Shown: positions 1 through 11,700 of the stretch, in pieces | How positions within the stretch are numbered: position 1 is the first letter of the stretch | Layout: every line of letters starts with the position of its first letter | Assembly (NCBI GenBank): GCA_004431415.1 | Contig: QPMI01000304.1 | Location: 1 to 56,001, forward strand | Length of the DNA stretch: 56,001 bases | DNA from: Cyanophora paradoxa CCMP329 | Taxonomy: Eukaryota; Plantae; Glaucophyta | Direction: 5' to 3' | Program-made: the position numbers and the translations under genes | The notes under the pieces: model-generated | What the model was told of the DNA's origin: nothing | The model's database searches: none | Seen by the model: the letters and a program-made list of their open reading frames with translations, nothing else

Positions 1-1
1 T

Positions 2-35
2 TTCCGAAGTTCCGAAGTTCCGAAGTTCCGAAGTT
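2..35. repeat. Tandem 8-bp repeat (TTCCGAAG) x4, possibly continuing beyond the window edge
   Basis: ttccgaag repeated four times plus tt at the start of the window. Confidence 0.9.
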
Positions 36-273
36 GGGGATCTGGGGAGGCCTCGTCACGGCGAGGCCTCAGCGGTCTCTGTCTCGCGATCGGCGATGTA
101 CGACGCGTTTTGGAGCTGGGCCCGGGGCCCGGAGTACATGTTGCCTACAACAACCACAAGCCTTGAAGTACATGATTTCAAGCTTTTAATTTGAATTCGA
201 AGTTACTACTACGGCACTGAGTCTCGGAGTGATAGCCCGGGCGGCCCTATAGCCCTATACAGCTATAGCTAGT

Positions 274-2030
274 TGCAAGGGGGGGTACCCCCTCCCTTGC
301 TCCCCTGGTGAGTTGGTGCGGCGTACTTTCTGTGTTAGCAATTTTTGTAAGATGCGATTCTTTGCATGCGCTCTCGTATAGGTGTGATCGCATCGTAGCC
401 GCTGCGAGCGGCCGAAAAAAATGCAAGGGCGGGGCTGCGCAAACATGTCGAAGTCGCGCCTCACCTGCTATCGCTATACGCGCCGGACCACGTGCTCCTG
501 ATTGCTCTCGATGCGCTCTACAAACTTTGTCATACATGCCGGCTCGAGAAGCGGCGTGCGGCGCGCTAGGCCGCTCAAGTACCTGTTGTACCGGGCGCCG
601 AAAAAAAGCGCTCTTGAGAGTTGGAGGAGATCGTGTTGCCGTACCGTACTTCGTTCTCCTGCGTCATGGCCTTCGCCGGGTCCGCGGCGACAGACGTAGT
701 CGCAAGCGAAGTTGAGCTTTGCTCGAGCTTGCAGCCTTGCTCCGACCCGCGCGGCTGCCATCCGGCGGCAAATGCACTCGCTGCGGGAAGCACTTCACTC
801 GGCAGGACAACCTGTATAAGCACGTTCGCCAGTGCAGGAAGAAGGCGCCCGCGACGCCGCGTTTCGGTGCGCGCCGCTTGGACGAGTGTGCGCCGATGTT
901 CTGAGTGCCCCGCGCCGCCGTCAGCAGATTCAAGCTCGGCGATTCCGATCTCTTCAAACATGCCACACTCTTGCCAGATGGAAGGCCTAGGTGATCTCGC
1001 GCGCCGCCCGGCAATCCCAAGCTGGGCGTGCACATTCGACGACGGCTCTGACAAGGCCGGTACGGTCGGGTGCAGATCTTGCCGGACTCCGGTTCAGGCG
1101 GACTTCAGCTCGGCGATGTCAAGCCTTCAAGCGCAAGCACGGGCGGATCACCACTCGCACGCCTCGGCCCGCGCCGGGCGCCGGACTGGATGCGTGGCTT
1201 GACCCGCGGCCGGCGCTCCGCACTAGCTGTACTACGGTAGCGGAGGGTGGCGGCGTCGCAGTATTCGCAGCTGCTCCTAGTACGCCGCGCCGGGCTGCTT
1301 CCCTGCCCGCTGCTCCCAGCTGCTCCGCGCGCCGCTGCTTCAGCAGCTGCTCCCTAGGCCTAGGCGCCCGTCGCCCCGCCCGCTGTTTCAGCTTTGTCGA
1401 CTCCAGGTTCGCCCCGCCGGCGCCGCTGCTGCCGGCGCCGCGCGCGTCACCCGGCCGACCTCACTGGGCCCGCGCCGGCGCCGCGGCTGTCCGGGCGAGC
1501 TGACGCCTCGGTCTGCGCAGGCTATGCGCAGGGCTCGGCGCCACCTGTCGCTCCGCCCGCTTTCTCGCCCGCCGCCCCGCCGGCTGCTTCAGCTTCGTCG
1601 ACTCCAGGTTCGCCCCGCCGCTGGTTCGCCCCGCTGCTGCTTAGCACCTGACCCGGCCGCCTCCGCTGGGCCCCGCCCCCACACGGCGCTGTCCGGGGCG
1701 AGCTGACGCCTCGGTTCTGCGCATGCGCAGGCTACGCGCAGGGCCCGGCGCCACCTTCTCTCCTCGGATGCCGCTTTTCCGCCCGCCACCGCCCTCGCCT
1801 GCCGCCACCTGGTGCCGCCGCCCGCGTCGCCACCCACCTACCCGCCTCGCCACCCCGCCCGCCTCGCCCAGCCGCCCGCCTTGCCTCTCTAGCTGCCCCC
1901 TCCGCCCCCCTCCCCTGCGCCCCCCGCCTCCCCCCCAAGTACCCTGCAATGTGTACCAGTACCCCCCCTTGCACCTCCGCGCGCGGCCCGCACTTGCCGC
2001 ACTTGCACAGGGCCGGGCGCGGTCTGCTAG
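274..2030 (+). mobile_element. Putative non-autonomous Helitron2/Helentron-like element with a cargo gene
   Basis: Perfect 15-bp inverted repeats TGCAAGGGGGGGTAC (274-288) and GTACCCCCCCTTGCA (1959-1973). The left copy also folds into a hairpin (275-300). The right copy is followed by a 13-bp stem with one mismatch (1977-1989/2010-2022) and then TCTGCTAG. No Rep/helicase ORF is present. Confidence 0.5.
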
Positions 2031-2037
2031 TAGCTAG
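719..2037 (+). CDS. C2HC zinc-finger, Pro/Ala-rich protein (spliced; ends uncertain; may be a pseudogene)
   Basis: KCTRCGKHFTRQDNLYKHVRQC is a C-x2-C-x12-H-x3-C finger. GT-AG introns follow, e.g. 1407-1520 and 1608-1730 with CTGAC branch points. Confidence 0.45.
1382..1760 (+). repeat. Tandem duplication of an exon+intron unit, period about 201 bp
   Basis: The unit gtcgactccag|gttcgccccgcc...gagctgacgcctcggt...gcgcag|gcta[t/c]gcgcaggg occurs twice, starting at about 1382 and 1583. Confidence 0.85.
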
Positions 2038-2291
2038 CTATAGGCCTACCGATCAAGAATACTTTACAACAGAAATCGCATTCGAATTCATTTCACTCTC
2101 TTTCAGTGAGTTGGAGCGGCTTAGTTGAAAACTGCGTTGAAAACTGGCACGGAGAACGGAGATAGAGGTGGCTGTACAGATGTAGAGTACAAAGGGGCAC
2201 CAGCCGACGGCGAGCCTTCGAGTTCGATCCTCGAGCGCTGCGCCTTCGGGCCGGGCTCGGGCCGGGCTCGGGCTCGGGCTCGGGCGCGGGC

Positions 2292-4345
2292 TCAGGGGTC
2301 GGGGGTGGGGGAGGGCGCGGGGCCCGGGGAGGGGCTGCGGTGGCGGCGGAAGTAGGTCCAGCTCGTCTCGTTCGGCGTCACGTACTCCGTCGGCGCCGTC
2401 TGCCGCGGCGGGGCCCCTCGCCGTCAGAAGCGGATCCCGGAGACGGGAGGGCGGGGCGGGGCGGGGCGGGGCGGGGCGGGGCGGGGACCTGGAAGTGGGG
2501 GAAGCCGCGGGAGACCTCGGCGCGGAGGCGGGCGGGGAGGCCGGCGTAGCCGCCCTCGAGCTTGGCCCCCGAGCAGTGGAAGACCAGCTGCCCCGCCATC
2601 GACCCGCACATCATCCACGGCTGCCCGCGCTCTCACGCCACCCCTCCCGGCCGCCGCGGCGCGGGGGCGGGGCGGGGGCGGGGACCATGAAGGGGCTGAT
2701 GCGGCTCCACGAGATCTGCGCCGACACCGAGTCCGTGGGGGCCGCCAGGTGCTCCTTCTTCACGATGAAGTTGAAGAGCTCTGCGCCCACCCCGCCCCCG
2801 GCGTCAGGCGCGAGGGCGCGGATGAAGAAGGCCCCGCAGGCCCCGCGGCGCACCCCCGGCCTCTGCGCCGGCGGCGGCGTCAGCGGCGGGCCGGAGTGGG
2901 GGTGAACAGAGGGAAAGACGGCTGCGCGCACGGTATATGTCGCTCTGGGACTCGCGGGGGTACCTGCCGCCGGGAGCGCGTCGGGCGGGGGGGGGGGGGG
3001 GGGGGGGGACGCGGACTGGGCGCGGGTGAGGGGCGAGGGGTAGTGGAGGAAGATGGTGGCGGAGAGGTGCAGGTGGCTGTCGATCACCATGTGCGGCAGC
3101 GCGAACGGCCCGTCTGCGCCCCGCCGCGCGCGTCAGCCCGGGTCGGGGTGCCTGATGAGGTCTGCGGGGCAGGGGCGGGGGGCTGGGAGAAGCGGGCGCA
3201 CGCTGGCCCTGCTCCAGGAAGTCGATGTTGACCGGGTCGTTCGCGATCTGCGGGGCCCGCGTCGTCATCAGCGATCCGGCGGGGGCCGTTCCGCGGCGGG
3301 TCGGCCTCAGCGGGGCGCACGTGCCTGCGCGTGCGGGGGCCGTCATGGCGGGAAGAGGATGGAAGGGGGGACGGGCGGGTACGAACAGGACACGGGTCCT
3401 CTCCCCGGTCCAGGGGTTCGTCCACTCGTCCAGAGTCTGCCCCGGCGAGTCAGGGGGGAGGTACAGCCGGAGCCGGAGGGGTATGCCCGTGGGGGGGGGG
3501 TACACGCCTCGTCCTTGACGGGGTCACGAAAGAGAAGTATCTCGCGAGTCAACATGCGGTACCCCCCGTCGATCTTGACAAAGCGCGCGATGTTGTACCC
3601 CTCGATCTTGAAGAGGAGCCTGCGGGCCGCTCGGCGGGCTCGCGCTGGAGGGGCGGGGCGGGATGGGCGGACCGGCTGGGCTCGCCCTCCTTGAGCGACG
3701 AGCAGGTGCCCCGGAAGTAGTACACCTTCTGCGGGCGCCGGCGTCGGCCCCGGCGCGCTGGGCGGCCCCGCGGGCGCGGGAGACCGGCGGGGGGCACCTC
3801 GTCCTTGGGGTTGAGGCTGCCGCGGATGCGCACCCAGGCCCGGAGCAGCGCCGCCGGGTCCTCCAGCTCCAGGTCCACGCTCGGCTCCTTCCGACCGATG
3901 ATCGCCGGCGCCGGCACCGCGAGGGTCCCCGGTGCTGCCGCCGGGGCAACTGATGCTAACAGGTCTACCGCTGAACCGGCGGCTCTCAAGCCGGCCGCGG
4001 AATCGTGCTCCGCCGGCGCGGGCGATGGCGACTGGGTCTTGCCCCTCCGAGTCGGCCCTGCGGAGCCCGTGAACTCGCAGCGCGTTCCTGCGCGGCGCCG
4101 AATATGTGACATTAGAGCATCTCAGAGCATGCCACGCGGGTCGGCGCACCGCACACGAAGCGCCGCGCGTTCGTACGCGACTCTCCCGTGCGCATGCGTG
4201 AACTCGTGCTCCCCGATCGGTGGCCCAGCCGCGTGCGGCTGACGCCTAGGCCTAGAGAGTTTGAAGAGGAGAATGCATTGTCTGCCGCTGCAAACGGCGC
4301 GCCCGTGCGGCGGAGCGAGACGACGGACAGGGCGGGAACGAACAT
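2292..4345 (-). CDS. DUF1838 family protein with a putative plastid transit peptide
   Basis: Spliced motifs: LLFKIEGYNIAR, REILLFRDP, LDEWTNPWTGE, IANDPVN, YQAGELFNF, SWSRISP, PNETSWTYFRRH. First exon MFVPALSVVSLRR... joins through intron 4088-4149. TGA at 2292-2294. Confidence 0.8.
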
Positions 4346-4759
4346 CGGATGAGGCTCGGATTCGCTGTCTTTTATCTCAGCACTTCAATAGTTTACTCCT
4401 GGCTAGCTTGGCGGGCTGGAGGGGCTGCAACTGCCAGGCTGAGACGCGGCGTGCGGCCACAGAAGCGACGGTACCCGGGGCCCGGAGCGTGTCAGCGTGA
4501 TGACCCGAATCGGCTTCCAGTGCGGTGCGCATGCAGCCTGCAGTGTCTCGCTTTCGCTTAGACAAAACCGCTGCGACAGTGTCAGGCGACCGCTGCGCCG
4601 CACACGTCTGGCGTCGACGTCAAGTGCACGTGCCGCAGATGCGTCGTTTTGCGAAAGGCGACACGCCTTGCGATGCGCAAGGCCTTCAACAATGACACAT
4701 GCATTCCTTTGCTTCTAGATCTCGAGTCGCCGCGGGGCAGCGCTAGCGGGGCGGCTAGC

Positions 4760-4964
4760 TCAAGAGGGGGTGCGCGGGGGCGCTGGGGTGCTGGGGGCGA
4801 GGGCGGGCGGAGGGCGGGGAGCGGGGCGCGGGGCGTGGGCGGGGCGGGGACGGGCGGGGGCGGCCCCCTCGGCGTCGGGCGGCTCGACGAGGACGTGCCC
4901 GAGCTGCGCGGGGGCGCCCGCGTCAGCCGAGAGGCCTCCGCGCGGCCCGGCGCGGGCGGGCGGG

Positions 4965-5001
<37 letters not shown>

Positions 5002-6867
5002 CGGACGTGGTCGAAGAGGAGACGTCCTCGGCGCCCTGGGCCCCGGGAGGACGAGGCGGAGGGCGGGAGGCGGTGCAGGCCCTCCGCCGCCGCGAAGAGG
5101 CCCACCGCCACCAGCGCCGCCGCCCCCGGCGCGATCGGCCCCACGGACTGCGCGGAGAGGCCGCTGGGAGGAGCCCCGGGGCCGGCGCGTGCGGGGCCTC
5201 CTCCGCCGAGGCGGCGAGGAGGCGCGGCTGCACGAGCCCCGCCCCCGTGTTCGCCACCCGCACCTGCCCCGCCCGTCAGCCCCGCCGGCGCGAGGGGCGG
5301 GCGGGGGCGGCGCCTGGACGGCGAAGGCGTCGCCGGCGCGGACGCGGGCGGGACGCTGGCGAGCTTGACCTCGACCTCGGCCGGGGGCGGCTGCTGCGGG
5401 GGGCGTCGGGCGGGGCGGGGGCGCGGGGCGGGCGGGGCGGGGCGGGTGCCTTGAAGTGGACGGGGACGTTGGCGAGGCGGCCGAGCTCGCCGAACTTGGA
5501 GCGCCAGTGGACGGCGAGGCGCCCCACGAGGCTCCCCTCCGCCCGCCCCGCCTGCAGCGGCGACGCCGGCGCCGCGCGGACGAGCACGAAGACGTACTGC
5601 TTCTGCTCGCCGGGCTTGAGCGCCGAGGCCTCGCTCCCCGCCCGCTCGGGCGCGTTGAAGGCGTCCGGGGCGCCGAGGGCGTAGCCCGGGGCCGGGTCGA
5701 GGCGGACGGCGGAGAGGAGGATGGGCGCCTGCGTCGTGTTCGAGACCGAGGCCTCCGCGTAGACGGCCTCGTGCAGCTGCCGCGCCCGGCAGACGAGCCC
5801 CAGGGGCGAGAGGGCCTGGAACTTGAAGAACTGCCGCAGGAACTGCGGCGTCGTGTGCTCCGCGCTCGAGTACGTCGCCGTGCACACCAGGCTGCCCGCA
5901 GGCTCAGCGGGGCGCGGGGCGCGGGGCGGGCGGGGGGCGGGCGGGGGCGCGCATGTGCTGCCCGCCCTCCTTGAGCTCGTGGTGGACGATGTAGTCGGAG
6001 GAGCGGCCGGGGGCGTACGGCCCCTGCGGCTCGGTCAGGCCCTCCCGCAGCACCGTCCGCGACGTCTGCGACTGCATCTCGATCTGGCCCCCGCCCCGCC
6101 GCCCCGTCACACCGCGCCCCGCGGCGGGGGCGCGGCGCGGCGCGGCCGGCGGCGCGCCTTGATGTTGACTCGGTAGAGCACGTCGTTGGATATGTTCGAG
6201 ACGCTGATGTAGCTGCTGAAAGTCTCACCGATGTAGATCGTCCTGCGGCGGCCGCGTGGGCGGGCGTGGGCGCGCGGGGCGGCGAGAGCGCGGAGCGGGG
6301 CGGCACCCGAAGCTGAACGGGAGCTGGATCATCTCGGCCACGCCGAAGCCGTCCTGCGGGTCCGTCGGCACCTCCTGCGCCGGCGAGAGCATCCCCGGCT
6401 GCCAGCTCGGCGCCGTCCCCGCCTGCGCGCCGGTCACGGGCGGCGCGGTCCGGTCTCGCGTGCCGGGCGCGCCTGGAACAGGGCCGGCGGCGGCTCCGGC
6501 ACGTTCGGCGGCAGGTCTCCCGGGAACTCGTTCGGTTCCTGCGCGCGCCGTCGCCCGGCGCCGGCGAGAGGGACGGCGCGGACGCGGGACCCACCCAGCC
6601 GACGGGTAGCGTCTCCTCGAAGCTCGGACGCGCGAGGCGCATGACTGCGGCGAAGGGGCGCTCAGGAGCCCCGTCACACGCGCAACGGGGCGGCCGGGAG
6701 CGCGCCTTTGAAAACCAGCGGGTGCTCCAGCTTTGGGGCAGCCGGGCTCGATGGCGACCCGCCCGGCCCCCTTGCCTGCGCGGTGCACAGTCAGCGGCCA
6801 GCGGCGGCCTGCGATAGCTGGAATGCCACGATGTAGCTCGCACCGCTGCGGGATAGCCCGACGCCAT
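4760..6867 (-). CDS. TRAPPC13: Trafficking protein particle complex subunit 13
   Basis: EHPLVFKVMRLARP, LPFSFGTIYIGETFSSYISV, DYIVHHELKEGGQHILVCTATY, FLRQFFKFQ, GRLAVHWRSKFGELGRL. Confidence 0.9.
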
Positions 6868-7197
6868 TCGTCCCGCCTCCGGTGCGAGTCAACGAAGAAG
6901 GTGCGCAAATCGAACCAAGGGCCGGCGGTGAGTACGTCGGTCAGAGCGAGTAAGGGGGGATACCGCGCACGAAGAACCGTCGAACAAAACCAAACCGCAG
7001 AAGCACCGCAGGCCGCTGCCGCGCTGTAAAACCGGGAGAAACACCCAGAGACGAGCTTGAGCGCCAAGATCGATGGCGTCCTCTTGGAAGAGAAACGGTC
7101 CGCGAGTGAAGACCTCCGGCGCTGGGAGCGCTTGTATGCGATGTCGTGCTGAATCCCACTCGCTGCTACAGCAAACTACGCTTTCACGGGCAAGGCG

Positions 7198-8157
7198 ATG
7201 ATGTTCGGTGAGCAAGCACCACACGTGTCGGCGCCTGGGCAGCCGGCTTGCTGAGCCCTGCCGGTCGCGCCCGTGCCGCAGACGACCCGAGACGATTCCC
7301 TCCTAGTGAGGGCAAGTCGTTCGCGCCGAAGGCGGGCGTGCAGCGGGACGTGGCGGCGCTCGTAATCGGCGGGGTTGACGGCGAGGCGATGGAGTCCCTT
7401 AAGTTTGTGCTGAAGAAGTCCAAGGTCCGAGCTACACCCAGCAGGGGGCTCGTTCGCGCCCCCGGCCCGTCCCGTTGCTGACTTGTCGGCCGCTTGGTCC
7501 CCCGCCGTCCCCCGCCGTCCCTCCCGCTCCCCAGGACGACGGGCAGGTGCGCTGACGGGCCTGCTTCGCGCCGCGCACGGCTGACGAGCCTCGCGGCGGC
7601 GCGGCAGACTCTGAACCTGAAGTGGTTCGACGAGAAGAACTACCGGGGGATCCAGGGCGTCTTCGACATCGCGCTGCTGGTGATCACGGACCGGGCGCGG
7701 AAGGACTTCTCGGCGTCGGGGCACGACTACCCCTTCCTGGACTTTCTGGCGAGCCTCGCCGGCGAGGACTTCGTCTACGTCGTCGTCCCGTCCGTGAACG
7801 ACATCGACGTGCCGGCCTGCTGCGGCGGCCTCGCCAACGACGCCATGATGGACACCCGGCCGCGCCTGCGCCGCGCCTTCGAGGGCGGCCGCTGCCTCGT
7901 CTGGGGCCGCAAGCAGGGCCAGGAGAAGATCACCGAGGCCGTCGGCCGCATCCGCCGCGGCCTCTACACCAAGGCCGCCCCGCCGCCTCCGCCCCCGCAG
8001 TACCACGCCCCCTCCGGCGGCGCCTCCTCCTCCGCCGCCCGGCAGCCGGTCGGCGAGCCCTACTACGGCGAGACCGCGAAGGTACCGCCGCCTGCGCCGC
8101 CCCGCGCCCCCGTCCCCTCACCGTGCCGGCACCCAGGTCTCGGTCATCAACGGCTAG
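7198..8157 (+). CDS. Hypothetical protein with a globular alpha/beta core and Pro-rich tail
   Basis: Clear coding exons (TLNLKWFDEKNYRGIQGVFDIALLVITD...) separated by canonical introns. Last exon VSVING* ends at TAG 8155-8157. Confidence 0.65.
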
Positions 8158-8218
8158 CCGGCAGGCGCGGCAGTGCGCTCGCCCCGCTTTGTTGTACAGT
8201 ACACATGCGCCCGTCCCT

Positions 8219-11200
8219 TCACTTGGTTGAGAGCGCGGAGAAGGTTTTGGCGAGCTCGGCGGGCGCGGCGGCCGCCGCGGGGGCCGAAGGGGGGCGGGCG
8301 GGCGCAGCCCCCGGCGCGGCGACGGGGCCGAGACAGGGCAGCCGGGGGCGCGCCGGCGGACGGGGGGCGGTACGGCACGGCGCCCGGGACGGGGCCTGCT
8401 CCCGGGACAGCGCCCAAGACGGGGCTGGAGCCCGACGGCGGCCTGTAGGGCACCGCGCCCGGGACGGGGCCGGAGCCGGCGGGAGGCCCCTGAGGCGTGT
8501 AGGGTACGGCGCCTGGGACGGGGCCGGAGCGCGACGGCGGCCGGTAGGGCAGGGCGCCCGGGACGGGCCCGGAACCCGGAGGGCCGCCGCCGGAGGGCGG
8601 TAGGGACAGCGCCAGGGGCGGGGCCGGGCGCCAGCGGAGAGACGGCGCCAAAGGCCGGCTGGTAGGGGACGGCGCCGGGGCGGGGCGGGCGGAGGGGCAC
8701 GGAGGGGAGCGGGGCGGGGCGAGGGCGCGGGGGCGGGGCGTGCGCCTTCGAGGGCGAGGCGCCCACGAGCGCCTCGTACGAGAAGTCGCGCCCGATCCGC
8801 CCCGCCGGCACGCCCCCCCCAGCAGGGGCCGCCCCCGAGCATGCCGGGAAGGGCGCGGGGCGCGGGTAGAGGGCGGGGTGGGGGGCGGAGGCGGGGCGGG
8901 CGGGGCGCGGGGCCTCGGGGGCGGCCTCCTCCTCCTTGGAGAAGAGGAGGTCGTGGTCGGTGATGCCGGCGATGCCGAGGGCGCGCAGGCGCTCGACGTG
9001 CGCCGCGAGGGCCGGCGCGTGCCGCCGCTGCGCCGCGTGCTCGCGGTTGAGCTGCTCCATGGTGCGCGCCGCGCCCTCCTCGAAGGCGAAGAGCTGGCGC
9101 AGCTCGCCGGCCGTGAAGTAGCCCTTCTTCTTCTCCGCCGCCGCGGGCCCCGCGCGGGGCCCCTCCATGGCGGTGAGCATCAGCGCGCCCTTGTAGATCT
9201 GCCGCCGGTAGATCTTCTCCTCGATCGTCCCGCACGTCAGCAGGCGGTACACCACGACCGGCTTCCGCTGCCCGATCCGGTACACCCGGTCTGCCCGCCG
9301 CCTCAGGCGAGGGCGCGGAGCAGGGGTCGCTGGCGGGGGGGCCCGGGCCCGCACCGACGGCCTGGTTGTCGAGGGAGGGGTTCCAGGAGGGGTCGACTGC
9401 GGACAAGGGGGTTAGAGAGGGGAACCGCGAGCGAGGACGGTCGGGGGGCGGACAGATGACGACGCGGTCGGCGCCGGTGAGGGTGAAGCCGAGGCCGCCC
9501 GTCTGCGTGGTGAGGAGGAAGACCTCGTAGTCGGCGCACTTGTTGAAGGCGTCCACCCGCCGCTGCCGCTCCCTCCCGTCCGTCACGCTGCCGTCCACGC
9601 GGAGGGCGCGGAAGCCCTTGCGCGCGAGGAGCGCGTCGATCAGGTTCAGCGCCCGCCGCGACTGCGAGAAGACGAGCGTGCGGTGCCGCCCCGCCCGCAG
9701 CTCCTGCAGCAGGCGCTCGAGGAAGAGGAGCTTGCCGCTCTGCGCCGCCGCCGCCTCGATGTCGCACGCCCGCTCGAAGTGCAGCGCGTCGAGCACGGCG
9801 TTCACGCTGCGCGCGGCTCGAAGGCCTTCTCGCGGGGCGTGCGAGCGGGGCGCGCGCGCCTGGCGAGCTGCTCGGAGGAGGCCGCCTCGTCCCCCGTGGC
9901 GCCCTCGGGCACGAGCAGGCGCGGGTGGTCGCAGATCTGCCCTCCCGTGAGCGGGGTCGGGCCCGGGGCGCGGGGCGGGGGCGGGGGCACTTTCTTGAGG
10001 ACGGTGAGGGCGGCGAGGGGGCTCTTGGTCTTGTTGAGGACCTCGCGGACGACCGGCGTCTCCAGGAAGGCCCGGTAGACCCGCGCCTGCAGCTCCGTCA
10101 GCTCCGTCCACACGATGAGGTCGTTCTTCGTCGGCAGCGTCGGCTGCGCCTGCGCCGCCGCCCCAGCCGGCGACGCCTCCGCCCCTTCGTCGGCCTGGGG
10201 CGCCTCGGCCGCTGGCGGCGCCGGCGGGGCGGGGCCGAAGACGGTGGCCTTCTCGCGGCGGAGGAAGTGGGGCCGGATGCGCTCCCGCAGGGCGGCGCTG
10301 CGCTCTCGCCCGAGGCGGGCCTCGGCGCGCGAGGCGTCGCGCTCGGAGGCGCGGGCGATGGGCGCCTCGAACTCGCGCCGGAAGGCCGCCGCGTCGCCCA
10401 GGAGGCGCCCCTCGCACGCGAAGTCGAGCAGCGCCCAGAGCTCCCGCAGGTTGTTCTGCACCGGCGTCCCCGTCAGCAGCACCCGGCTCCGCGCCTGCGC
10501 GCCCGTCAGGGGCCGCCCTCCCCCGTGCGGGCGGCGGGCGGGCGGCGCACGCGGATGATGCGTATGCGCTGGCAGAGCTTCATGCTGGGGTTCTTCAGGC
10601 GATGACCCTCATCTGCGACCAGGCCTCACGGGGGAGGGCGGGGGCGCGGGGCGGGGCCGGGGCACCGCAGAGGATGAGGTCCCACTCGACGTCGGCCTTC
10701 GACGCGAGCGCCGCCTCCAGCTCCGCCTTCCCCCTCCCCCCGGCCCCGCCATCCTCCCCTTCCTCCTCCTCCTCCTCCTCGTCCTCGTCTTCCTCCTTCC
10801 GGCGCCTGGGGGCGGCCTTGGCCTTGCGCGCGGCGCCGCGGCGGCGCGGCGGCGCCTCCTCGTCCGACGAGTCGGACGCCTGCGCGCGCCGCCCGCCCGG
10901 GCCGCCCCGCCGCCGGGCCCTTCGCCAGCTGCAGCGCGCTCGTCGTCACCATCCCTGCCGCCGGCGTCAGGCGGGGCGGGGCGGGGCCGGGGCCGGGGGC
11001 GGGGTGCGGGCCGTAGGACGTGAGCAGGACGCCGCCGCGGAGGCAGACGGCCTCGAGGGCGCCCTCGCGCGCCGCGGCGCCGCCGCCGTAGACGCAGACG
11101 CGGGCGCCGCCGAGCCAGGCGCGGAGCTCCTTCTCCCAGTGGGCGAGGAGGCTCTTGGGGGCGAGGACGAGGGCGCGGACGACGCGCTGGCGGCCCGCCT

Positions 11201-11700
11201 CGAAGAGCCCGGCGAGCAGCGCGCACGAGCTCAGCGTCTTCCCCAGGCCCATGTCGTCCGCCAGACAGCCGCCCGAGCCGGCACGGCAGAGCCCCCACAT
11301 CCACGCCACGCCCGCCCGCTGGTGCGCGTACAGCCGCTCGTACAGCCGCCCCGTCAGCTGGAAGCCGCCCTCCAGCTCCCAAGCCCCCTTCGAGTTGCGG
11401 ACGAAGCCGTGCTCGTCGCGCTCGCTGCGGGGCGTCGCGCCGGCGCGAGGCTGCGGCTTAGCGTCCCCATCCGAGTCCGAGAGCTCGACCACCTCCGGCG
11501 CAGCGCGGCTCGATGCTGAGTTCGCATCGATCTCCTGTAGCGCGTCGCGCACGCTGCTTAGGTCCAGGGCAGCCTGCATACCAGTCGCCCCATGATCAGT
11601 GGCAGCTGGGCGAAGGCTGGGCCTCGCGGCTAACCTTTTTGGCAGACTGCACGACCTCGAACCTGCGGTTCTCCTTCTCAGGAGCCGGCGCCGCTTCCAT
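8219..11700 (-). CDS. ERCC6L: SNF2-family helicase, ERCC6L/PICH (CHR24)-like
   Basis: LYAHQRAGVAWM, LADDMGLGKT, ILCDEGHRLKNP, LLTGTPVQNNLRELWAL, SGKLLFLERLL, LVFSQS, LTGADRVVI, DPSWNPSLDNQA, RVYRIGQ, YRLLTCGTIEEKIYRRQIYKG. First exon MEAAPAPEKEN. Confidence 0.85.
8360..8680 (-). repeat. Coding minisatellite with GPVPGAVPYRPPSG-like units at the helicase C-terminus
   Basis: Repeated ~42-bp units translating to GPVPGA(L/V)PY(R/T)PP. Confidence 0.8.

Noticed and set aside
2-35. Telomeric repeat
   Set aside because: It has no G-run strand asymmetry, only four copies are visible, and the window edge is not known to be a chromosome end.
713-904. TGA recoding or selenocysteine around the zinc finger
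   Set aside because: The stops are explained by probable introns, and TGA terminates several genes here (DUF1838, HOP2, PDE).
4965-5001. Long poly-G/poly-C tracts (also around 2986, 17185 and 44245) as functional elements
   Set aside because: They are intronic low complexity of unreliable length, with no specific evidence of function.
4582-6867. Long Arg/Pro/Gly/Ala-rich ORFs (761 aa here; also 732, 626, 678 and 692 aa elsewhere) as novel proteins
   Set aside because: They are shadow ORFs caused by stop-codon scarcity in GC-rich DNA and overlap recognisable spliced genes.
7040-7085. TPSILALK as the TRAPPC13 first exon with a non-canonical donor
   Set aside because: A closer exon, EHPLVFK, with a GC-AG intron fits the family motif and phase better.
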